Below, piece by piece: positions 32,472-39,170 of a DNA stretch of 41,655 nucleotides. A model generated the notes under the pieces. It was not told the DNA's origin, ran no database searches, and saw nothing but the letters and a program-made list of their open reading frames with translations. Made by a program: the position numbers and the translations under genes. The DNA is from a virus: the IMG/VR virus record IMGVR_UViG_3300049186_000017, positions 1 to 41,655 of that record. The stretch is one strand, 5' to 3'. Within the stretch, counting starts at the first letter, position 1. Each line of letters opens with the position of its first letter.

Positions 32472-32845
32472 TGCAACTGCTGCGAATACTGCAGGCCGCC
32501 AGGGCAGCCCACCGAGGTGGCGGTGCCGGGGATGGTGACGCTCGTGATCTGCAGGTCGCCGGAGCCGACGCCGACGGTGCCGCTGATCACGTTGACGCTG
32601 CCGGACGTGCGCAGCTCGAACTTGGCGATGTCGCCCGGCGTGACGGTGTTGTCGGCGGCGATCGAGTTGGATTGCGCGACCGCAGGGCTCGCCGTGGTGG
32701 CGCCCTGAAACGCCGTCGCAGCGAACGTCAGGCTTGCCAGCTCGGCATCAGCCGCCGTCAGCAGGCGGAACTGGCCCGAGTTCAGCAGCGCCAGGATCGC
32801 ATCGCACGCCGCTTTCTTCGCTAAGTTGGAGTAGCTCAGTGCCAT
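32468..32845 (-). CDS. hypothetical virion-module protein (125 aa)
   Basis: Distal part of track ORF 32468..32941. GGAGG lies 6 nt upstream of ATG 32845. GC3 switches to this frame at the ATG. Confidence 0.7.
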   Translation of the reverse strand: MALSYSNLAKKAACDAILALLNSGQFRLLTAADAELASLTFAATAFQGATTASPAVAQSNSIAADNTVTPGDIAKFELRTSGSVNVISGTVGVGSGDLQITSVTIPGTATSVGCPGGLQYSQQLQ

Positions 32846-32963
32846 CGATGGCCTCCGTCTGGATCGTGAATGGCGCCGTACCGACCACGTTGCCGTCGGC
32901 GTCCTTGAACTCAAGCATCCCGGTGAATTGGCCCTTGCCAAGCCCGCCTTCAGTGAGATTCAT
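32748..32963 (-). CDS. small ORF (71 aa) whose last ~98 nt overlap the next gene out of frame
   Basis: Track ORF. ATG 32963 forms an ATGA overlap with the upstream stop. Only the first ~39 codons show coding-like third positions. Confidence 0.4.
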   Translation of the reverse strand: MNLTEGGLGKGQFTGMLEFKDADGNVVGTAPFTIQTEAIDGTELLQLSEESGVRCDPGAAELGPVPPADGG

Positions 32964-33187
32964 GCCTGTACCTTGTTGATCTGCCCGAGGATGTGGTCGA
33001 GCACCTGCCGGCGCCCGAGGTTGATCAGCGTTTGCCGCTCGCCCTCTTGCCCGCCAGCCACGAACAGCTCGCCGCCGAAGCGCGCCATGAGGTCGACGAG
33101 CACGGCCTCGCCGTCGCGGTACAGCTCGAACGTCGAGCGGTACTGCTGCGGGCTGGCTGCAGCCTCGTCGGCGCGGGTGATCGTCAT
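32960..33187 (-). CDS. Bbp19-like small protein (75 aa)
   Basis: Track ORF. ATGA overlap with the portal stop. Size, position and sequence style recall the Bbp19 family of BPP-1-like phages (from memory, unverified). Confidence 0.65.
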   Translation of the reverse strand: MTITRADEAAASPQQYRSTFELYRDGEAVLVDLMARFGGELFVAGGQEGERQTLINLGRRQVLDHILGQINKVQA

Positions 33188-34779
33188 GCGACCTTCGCTG
33201 CGCGGTTCATCGCCGCCTTCGCGGCCTCTTGCTGCAGCACCATGGCCTGCTCTTGCTGCATGGCCTGCTGCTGCTGCTTCTCGCGCTTGTCACGCAACTT
33301 CGCGACCGCCTTCTCGTCGCGCAGCGCCTTGGCGGGTGCGCCGAGACCATCGGCCATCAGGCGCAGGGAGTTGTCGACGTCAATCAAGTCGGCCGCCTCG
33401 GGGAAGCCGCTCTGCACCATCGCGCCGGCGTTGGCGGCCAGGCGCTCGACGGCGGTGACTTCTTCCAGCTTCTGCGCGCGCGCCAGCGGCGACTGGTAGC
33501 GGATGGTCAGGATGCGGTCGCGCAGCGTGTCGGGCGGTGTGCCAAGCAGCCCGGCGCGGTAGGCCATGCCGAACACGCGCGTGATGGTCGGCGCCAGGTC
33601 TTCGGCCTGGAAGCGCCCGAACAGCGGGCCGAGCAGTTGGCGGATCAGCGCCACCCGCACGTGCACCTCGGTGGCCGTCATCGCAGGGCCATCCTGCGGC
33701 TGCAACTGGTCGGCCATCAGGATGCGGCGGATCTCGGCGCGGAGCTGGTCCGCCTTCGAGAACGTGACGTTGAAGTCGGCGCCGCTGGGCAGCTCCTTGA
33801 TGCTGTCGACCGAGTTGGCGACGATCACGCTGCCGCCCTTGACCTTGACGACGCGCGGGTTCAGCACGCCATCGTCCTCGGCCACGTACACGCCAGCGGC
33901 TGCGCGCGACAGCGCTTGCGATTCGAGCTGCAGCAGGGTGTTCAGCTCGTTGATCGTGGGCAGCGCCGCCGACACCGGGCCGACGGCGTAATCGCTGCCG
34001 GGCAAGGTCATCCAGCGCGGCACGATCGCGGGCATCTCGTGATAGCCCGATTCGCGCACCAGTTGCTTGGTGGCCACCTCGACGTGGCACGAGGCGATCG
34101 GCAGATTCTTGGCCAGCCGCGAGCCCTTGACGTAGTCGGCGCGCGGATAGATCGCCATGACGAACTCGAACTGATCGAGCTTGCCCTGCGCCGCCGCGTC
34201 CTTGACCTTGTCGGAGCACGCGTCGCCGTAGGCGTTCATCGCCTGCTCGGCCGAGAGCTTGAAGCGGCGAATCACCGTGTCGACCAGGCCGCCCGCCTTG
34301 CTGCAGCGGAACTTCACCTGCGCCAGCGGCCACTGCTCGAACGTGAGCGTGTCGCCCTCGGGGATGAACAGGCAGAACCAGCCGGCGGCCACGCTGTCGA
34401 GCACGGCCTCGAACTTCGCCGCGTCGTAGTTGGCCCCGTGGATCTGCTCCCACAGGAACTTGGCCACGCCGTCGAGCCAGCGCCGCTCCTCGTCGGTCTC
34501 GTCGCCCGCATCGAGCGCGAACCAGACGTCGTTGGCCGGCGTCATGCCCGACATGATCGAGCTCGTCAGCAGCCGCACCGCGTCGGCCGCGGTCGAGTCC
34601 ATCTGCTCGGCGCGCTTGTTCTGCGCGGTCTGAGCCGTCATCACGTCGTCGCCGCCGAGGCCCTGCCCGCGCTCCGGGTAGGTGGCCTCGAAGCACCGGC
34701 GCCACACGGATTCGTGCGGCTGGCGCTGCGCCTGCATCTCGCTGTCCCAGCGCAGGATGCGCGCGGCGGTGGTCTCCAT
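33184..34779 (-). CDS. portal protein (T7 gp8-like head-to-tail connector), 531 aa
   Basis: Track ORF. Conserved podovirus portal features (N-terminal RWDSEMQAQRQPHESVWRRCFEATYPERG, C-terminal Gln/Ala-rich tail). Confidence 0.92.
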   Translation of the reverse strand: METTAARILRWDSEMQAQRQPHESVWRRCFEATYPERGQGLGGDDVMTAQTAQNKRAEQMDSTAADAVRLLTSSIMSGMTPANDVWFALDAGDETDEERRWLDGVAKFLWEQIHGANYDAAKFEAVLDSVAAGWFCLFIPEGDTLTFEQWPLAQVKFRCSKAGGLVDTVIRRFKLSAEQAMNAYGDACSDKVKDAAAQGKLDQFEFVMAIYPRADYVKGSRLAKNLPIASCHVEVATKQLVRESGYHEMPAIVPRWMTLPGSDYAVGPVSAALPTINELNTLLQLESQALSRAAAGVYVAEDDGVLNPRVVKVKGGSVIVANSVDSIKELPSGADFNVTFSKADQLRAEIRRILMADQLQPQDGPAMTATEVHVRVALIRQLLGPLFGRFQAEDLAPTITRVFGMAYRAGLLGTPPDTLRDRILTIRYQSPLARAQKLEEVTAVERLAANAGAMVQSGFPEAADLIDVDNSLRLMADGLGAPAKALRDEKAVAKLRDKREKQQQQAMQQEQAMVLQQEAAKAAMNRAAKVA

Positions 34780-34782
34780 CGG

Positions 34783-35199
34783 CTACAGCGCGCTTTCGCG
34801 ACGCGGCGAACCGATCGTGGCGCGGCCTCCGCCGCCGCTCGCCAGCAGGCTGCTGGTCGGTCGAGCTGCGCCAGAGCGGGTGCTGCGACTGAGCAGCGTG
34901 CGCGCGTTGCTCAGGAACGGCGCGTCGACGCTGGTGGTTGCCTCGTCGCCGAACGTGGGCTGCGGCGCGCCGGGCGCACCTGTGGCAAGCAGCGATTTCT
35001 GCTCGCGCCGGCGCCGGTTGTCCGCCGCCACCTTCGCATTGGCCGATTGCGATGCGCGCGACTGCGCCTCCGCAGCGTCGGACTCCGAGCCGCGCAGCGC
35101 GTCTTCGGCGGCGTGGCGCGCCTTGCGTGCCGTGTCAGCAGCGGCAACACCGCCGGCCACGGCCGTGATTCCGGCGATGATCGACACGGGCTCGCACAT
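34783..35199 (-). CDS. small virion protein (138 aa) with Gly/Ala-rich hydrophobic N-terminus
   Basis: Track ORF. MCEPVSIIAGITAVAGGVAAAD resembles the N-terminus of 20476..21000. Confidence 0.68.
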   Translation of the reverse strand: MCEPVSIIAGITAVAGGVAAADTARKARHAAEDALRGSESDAAEAQSRASQSANAKVAADNRRRREQKSLLATGAPGAPQPTFGDEATTSVDAPFLSNARTLLSRSTRSGAARPTSSLLASGGGGRATIGSPRRESAL

Positions 35200-35201
35200 G
35201 G

Positions 35202-35384
35202 TCAGAACTGCCGCGGGCGATCGGGCGGGCAGACCCAGCCCTGGCGCGTCAGCACCGGCGCCGTGATCGTCTTGGGGTCGACGTCGATGTAGTTGGGCAG
35301 CCCCTCCGGCTGCGGCACTGCGGTCTCGGGAATCGGCTGCGGCTGCGCCGGCGCGGCGCCGGGAACCTTGGGGGCTTTGGACAT
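35202..35384 (-). CDS. first late-operon ORF, Pro-rich 60-aa protein
   Basis: Distal part of track ORF 35202..35585. AGGAG lies 5 nt upstream of ATG 35384. Confidence 0.55.
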   Translation of the reverse strand: MSKAPKVPGAAPAQPQPIPETAVPQPEGLPNYIDVDPKTITAPVLTRQGWVCPPDRPRQF

Positions 35385-35439
35385 CGACGCTCCTGCTGTG
35401 CGGGTCTGAAAGACCGGCGCACTATCGGAGCGATGCGGT

Positions 35440-35454
35440 GCAGAAATCTCTGCG
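35440..35454 (-). promoter_or_regulatory. late-unit motif copy 3 (CGCAGAGATTTCTGC), abutting the stop of the HTH gene and 55 nt upstream of the first late ORF
   Basis: Identical 15-mer to the copies at 11826..11840 and 25915..25929. Confidence 0.45.
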
Positions 35455-35739
35455 TCAGGCGGTGGCGCGCAGCACGCGCGACACGCTGGGGGCCACGGTG
35501 CGCGTGGGCACGTCGGTCCACTGCAGGCCCGTGCGATCGCACCACAGCGCGATGAACGCAGCGCCGGTCCAGTGCGCCGGCTCACCGATGGCGCCCTCGT
35601 GCGCCCAGTTTGGCAGCGCCATGCGGTCGATCTCGAGCGCGTCGGCGATCTGCTGCCAGGAGACGCCGAGGGTGCGGAGGTTGCAGGCCATCGCGGGCCA
35701 GTCGATGCGGGTACTGCGGGTCAGGCGCAGCGCCCTCAC
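35455..35739 (-). CDS. HTH DNA-binding protein (94 aa) at the early/late boundary; candidate late-gene regulator
   Basis: Frame of track ORF 35455..36057. GTG 35739 forms a GTGA overlap with the ruvC stop (alternative ATG 35691). LGVSWQQIADALEIDRMALPNW is HTH-like. Confidence 0.58.
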   Translation of the reverse strand: MRALRLTRSTRIDWPAMACNLRTLGVSWQQIADALEIDRMALPNWAHEGAIGEPAHWTGAAFIALWCDRTGLQWTDVPTRTVAPSVSRVLRATA

Positions 35740-36233
35740 GTCAGCTTGCCCTGCCCGTAGTGCGCCAGCAGCGTCGCGTCGGCGCGGTTGTGGTCCTTCA
35801 CGCGCTTGAACTGCGGCGCCTGCCCCGGGTACAGCCGGCAGGCGAGCTCGCGTGCCTCGCCCTTGTCCTTGCCGAGCAGCCCGTAGAAGCGCTTCCACGT
35901 CTGCGGCTGCACGACCTTGATCTCCAGCCGCGCGATGTCGGCCACCGCCTCGACGATGCCGCGCGAGCGCATCATCGAGCCCTGGCTGTGCATGCTGTTC
36001 GTCATCGCCTTGCCGCCGTTGCCGAACGCGCGCGGCCTGACGTCCTCGATCACGCACAGCGCTGCCTCGCCCGGCGGCACGAACTGGCGGATCAGCAGGA
36101 TCAACGCGCGGCCGTCGATGCGCTTGGCGCTCACGCCGCCGGTGATCGGCAGGTCGAGCACCTGGCAGCCACCGTGCGAGTCCACCGCGGCCACAGCGCC
36201 GGTCAGGCCGATGTCGATGCCGAGCGCGATCAT
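35736..36233 (-). CDS. ruvC: RuvC-like Holliday junction resolvase (165 aa)
   Basis: Distal part of track ORF 35736..36545. MIALGIDIGLTGAVAAVD...VIEDV...DHNRADATLLAHYG carries RuvC-fold catalytic acidic residues. Confidence 0.88.
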   Translation of the reverse strand: MIALGIDIGLTGAVAAVDSHGGCQVLDLPITGGVSAKRIDGRALILLIRQFVPPGEAALCVIEDVRPRAFGNGGKAMTNSMHSQGSMMRSRGIVEAVADIARLEIKVVQPQTWKRFYGLLGKDKGEARELACRLYPGQAPQFKRVKDHNRADATLLAHYGQGKLT

Positions 36234-36532
36234 CGCGAGGCCCACGCGTAGACCCCGAGCAGCGCCAGCGTGCCGACGAGCGCGATCAGCACCGCGGCCG
36301 AACGACACAGGGCCGCTCTCAGGTCCATCGCCGGCCGCGGGTCGTGCAACGGTGCATGCGCGAGCTGCAGGTCGCATTGGCTGCCGTAGCAGTCGCCGCT
36401 GCACGGGCCCTTCGACAGGTGGCACCAGATGCGGCGGTTCTGCGTGGGCGGGTCGATCCACACCGGCGCACCGTCGGCGTCGAACGAGGCGAGTTGCCCC
36501 GGCTTGCCGCCGGGTGCATGCACGTAGCTCAT
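36230..36532 (-). CDS. Cys-rich protein with C-terminal TMD (100 aa)
   Basis: Track ORF. GGAGG RBS. C-terminal AAVLIALVGTLALLGVYAW. ATGA overlap with ruvC. Confidence 0.6.
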   Translation of the reverse strand: MSYVHAPGGKPGQLASFDADGAPVWIDPPTQNRRIWCHLSKGPCSGDCYGSQCDLQLAHAPLHDPRPAMDLRAALCRSAAVLIALVGTLALLGVYAWASR

Positions 36533-36566
36533 GTGCGACCTCCAAAACGCGCGCGCGATGGGGTGG

Positions 36567-36929
36567 TCATGGGGTTGCCTCCCGCAACAGTGCGTTCACG
36601 TCATCGTCCGCGAGCCCCTTCGGCGCTTCGGCTTGAGCCTTGCGGCCACGCATCCGCTGCGCCAGCTCGGAGAACTGGTTCGGCACGTGGCGCACGTTCT
36701 TCGCGGCGTGGCGCACCCACTCGGCGGCCCGGTGTTGCCGCGGTGGCTCGCTGCCGCTGTAGCCCAACCGCAGGAACTGCTCGTAGCAGCCCGTGCACCG
36801 AGCACCGAGCCGGGTCAGCACCTCGCGCGACGTCGGCACGCTGCAGTACCGGCACGGCATCGCATCGGCCGGCACGTTGCCCATGCGCTCGGCCACCTCC
36901 TTGCGCACCTCGCTGAACGGCTTGGTCAT
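36567..36929 (-). CDS. Zn-ribbon protein (120 aa; CRYC...CTGC)
   Basis: Distal part of track ORF 36567..36968. ATGA overlap with the DUF1376 gene stop. Confidence 0.62.
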   Translation of the reverse strand: MTKPFSEVRKEVAERMGNVPADAMPCRYCSVPTSREVLTRLGARCTGCYEQFLRLGYSGSEPPRQHRAAEWVRHAAKNVRHVPNQFSELAQRMRGRKAQAEAPKGLADDDVNALLREATP

Positions 36930-37789
36930 CGCATGTCCTTCGCGGCTTTCTCCAGCCAGTTCGACCACGACTGCCGCCAGCCCTTCACGCTGCGGCGCTT
37001 GCCTGCACCACGCCCCGCGACGAAGAACTGCCGGAATTTCTCAGCCTCGCGCAGCGCCTCCTGAGCTTTGAACCCGAGCGCTAGCGCGTCGTTGCCCCAT
37101 GGCTCCGGGAGCTGGAACCCAGCCGCTAGCGCCACAACGGCTTTGCCGTTGAGCACTTCGGCGTTCAAGCCATCGAAGTCGGGTGGCGGGGTTGGCGGGT
37201 CGGCGATTCGCGCCGATCCGCTGTCTTCCTCATCCGAAGGATGAGTAATGGGTATTGGGGAGTGGGTAGTGGGGAGTGGGTACTGGGTAGCCGTGCGAGG
37301 CGTTGCAGTTTCCGTTGCAGGTTGCGTTGCAGGTGCAACGGCACCGGAACGTTGCGTGTGCGTTGCATGCAACGTTCGCAATTCGCCGATCCCGATATTC
37401 CATGGCGGGTGAACTGCAACGGCCGCAAGCTCCGCGAACAGTCGAGCACGCTCCTCGCGGTGCCGTTTCATGCGGGCGTCTTCGTTGGCGCGCTTCTGCT
37501 CGCGCTCCGGCTCGCCGTCTTTGAACTTGCTGATCTCGCGCTCGCACCGCTTGTGCGTCCAACCCGCGTCTGTCGGCGTGAAGAACTCCGAGAGCACCGA
37601 CTTGACGGCTGCGCGCTCGGTCGCCGTGATCGCCCGCGCAAGCCTGCAGCACGCCGCGAGGTCGTTCGGCAGCGGCGCCTCGCGCACGTAGTACAGGTCA
37701 ACGAGCCGGTTGTAGGCGCCCTCCTCAAGCATCGACAGGTGCACGGTGTCGCGTGCCCAGTCTCCGAAGTGGCGCTCGACGTAGTTCAT
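36926..37789 (-). CDS. DUF1376 (YdaU-like) replication initiation / organiser protein (287 aa)
   Basis: MNYVERHFGDWARDTVHLSMLEEGAYNRLVDLYYVREAPLP is the DUF1376 signature. A low-complexity Thr/Pro linker is encoded by the iteron region. ATGA overlap upstream. Confidence 0.82.
   Translation of the reverse strand: MNYVERHFGDWARDTVHLSMLEEGAYNRLVDLYYVREAPLPNDLAACCRLARAITATERAAVKSVLSEFFTPTDAGWTHKRCEREISKFKDGEPEREQKRANEDARMKRHREERARLFAELAAVAVHPPWNIGIGELRTLHATHTQRSGAVAPATQPATETATPRTATQYPLPTTHSPIPITHPSDEEDSGSARIADPPTPPPDFDGLNAEVLNGKAVVALAAGFQLPEPWGNDALALGFKAQEALREAEKFRQFFVAGRGAGKRRSVKGWRQSWSNWLEKAAKDMR
37229..37374. repeat. iteron / inverted-repeat cluster inside the DUF1376 gene: candidate origin of replication
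   Basis: CGTTGCAG x3 at exact 12-nt phasing (37301, 37313, 37325). Further CGTTGC/GCAACG copies include the palindrome CGTTGCATGCAACG (37361..37374). GGGGAGTGGGTA x2 (37257, 37271). Hairpin CTCATCCgaaGGATGAG (37229..37245). Confidence 0.55.
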
Positions 37790-38295
37790 GCCTCGACCCA
37801 CCGATACGTCTTGCCCAGTCGGATCGCCGACACGGTTTGGTGCAGGATGCCGTGCTGCTGCGCGAGCTCGACGTTGGTCGCTGACTCAGGTGCCGCCTTG
37901 ATCGCGCGCACGACCGCAACATCGGTCAGCACGATCCCTTGCGCGCGTTGGCCGGCATGTGCGGCGCGGCGCTTTTGCTCGACGCTGCGCCCCTTCAGGC
38001 GGCCACCCTGCGCCAGCGCATCCCACATCGCACGACGATCGCGCGCGAGCCGCAGGTGCACCGGGCACAGGCAATCCGTCGTGACGCAACCGCGATACGG
38101 CACACCGCGCGGCGCCTCACCAAAAGCGATGTTCCACGCCGCATTGGCGCCGGTCATCGTTCGCTTTTCGCCGCGCGCGTGATCGAACGTGTAGACGCGC
38201 GGTTGCCCGCTTGGGTCGACTGCTCCGAGCCAGTGCCAGCAGCCGGTCACGCGATCGACCTGGCAGCGCCGGCGCAGGTCTTCGACCGTCAGCAT
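37786..38295 (-). CDS. HNH_3-like protein with degenerate active site and C-terminal HTH (169 aa)
   Basis: Distal part of track ORF 37786..38766. TGCWHWLGAV...GQPRVY and RGCVTTDCLCPVHL resemble the HNH_3 scaffold, but Arg sits where the catalytic His is expected. C-terminal NVELAQQHGILHQTVSAIRLG. Confidence 0.6.
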   Translation of the reverse strand: MLTVEDLRRRCQVDRVTGCWHWLGAVDPSGQPRVYTFDHARGEKRTMTGANAAWNIAFGEAPRGVPYRGCVTTDCLCPVHLRLARDRRAMWDALAQGGRLKGRSVEQKRRAAHAGQRAQGIVLTDVAVVRAIKAAPESATNVELAQQHGILHQTVSAIRLGKTYRWVEA

Positions 38296-38462
38296 GCCGC
38301 GCGCAGTCACGAGCGCCCGCCCACGTGTTTGATCGGCATCAAATTTGCCACTACGCCGTTGCCGAACGTGGAGGCGGGGTCGGTTGGCGTAGCCTTGCCG
38401 CAATCTTTTCGCAGAGCCGGAAAAACTGACCACAGGATCTGCACAGCCTGGGGCTCCTCGGT

Positions 38463-38840
38463 TTAAGCGACGGCGCGGGGTGCGGGTCGCTCGAGTTGTT
38501 CGATGCGCTCGGCGATCTTGGCCATGCGCCTGGCTGATTCGATGTACTCGCGGCGCAGCTCGGCCGCCTCGTCTTTCGGTTCCACTGGCACCGGCTCGGC
38601 GTAGCTCAACGCCTCGGCCAAGAACTGCATGCCGGCGTGGCAGCCGCGCTCGCGCGCCAAGCGCATCACGAGCAGCAGCTGTTCCGGCGCCAGCTTCTGC
38701 GGCCGGTCGTCGTTCAGGCAGTCCAGCAGCAGCCGCTGCGCCGCGTCGACGGGCTTCTCCGGCCACAGCTTCGGGCCCACAACCTTGGAGCCGCCACAGG
38801 CCCGCACGCAGGCGATCAGCGCCTCGTTGATCGACTCCAT
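38463..38840 (-). CDS. early protein of unknown function (125 aa), second gene of the rightward-type operon
   Basis: Track ORF. GGAGGG lies 6 nt upstream of the ATG. It occupies the CII-like position, but no recognisable similarity is claimed. Confidence 0.68.
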   Translation of the reverse strand: MESINEALIACVRACGGSKVVGPKLWPEKPVDAAQRLLLDCLNDDRPQKLAPEQLLLVMRLARERGCHAGMQFLAEALSYAEPVPVEPKDEAAELRREYIESARRMAKIAERIEQLERPAPRAVA

Positions 38841-38915
38841 CAGCGGCCCTCCGACGAAGGCCGACGAATCGTTCGTGCGCGTTCGTTGACCCTGGTCACG
38901 ACACTGGCAACCATG

Positions 38916-39116
38916 TCACTCTGTCTTGGCAGTTTCGCGGGGAACGAGGTCGTCGAGGGTCAGGGCGCCGCAACTGAGAGCGACCACGGCTCGCATGTGC
39001 TCGAGCGGCACGCCGCGCACCTTCCACAACGAGATCGCAGCCTTGCCGAGCCCGAAGTGCTCAGCGACGCGGGTCACGCGGCCCTTTTCGGATTCACACC
39101 ACTCAGCGAACGTCAT
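38916..39116 (-). CDS. Cro / YdaS-like HTH regulator (66 aa)
   Basis: Track ORF. VTRVAEHFGLGKAAISLWKVRGVP is an HTH. Divergent from the CI-like gene. The ATG is only ~8 nt from the -10 box (near-leaderless). Confidence 0.78.
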   Translation of the reverse strand: MTFAEWCESEKGRVTRVAEHFGLGKAAISLWKVRGVPLEHMRAVVALSCGALTLDDLVPRETAKTE

Positions 39117-39121
39117 GCGCG

Positions 39122-39167
39122 CAGTTTAAAGCATCGTGAACGAGACGGTCAACGTGATCGTGAACCG
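39122..39167 (-). promoter_or_regulatory. early promoter/operator module P-cro: -35 TTGACC, 16-nt spacer, -10 TTTAAA, with two GTTCAC-type operator sites
   Basis: The minus strand reads CGGTTCACGATCACGTTGACCGTCTCGTTCACGATGCTTTAAACTG. It aligns without gaps to 40387..40432 (33 of 46 identical). Confidence 0.6.
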
Positions 39168-39170
39168 ACG

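Noticed and set aside
34783-35199. Paralogy between the 138-aa and 174-aa (20476..21000) MC-initiated Gly/Ala-rich proteins as evidence of a duplicated system
   Set aside because: Similarity is limited to composition and a short hydrophobic N-terminus. That is common among small podovirus internal proteins and is insufficient for a duplication claim without alignment statistics.
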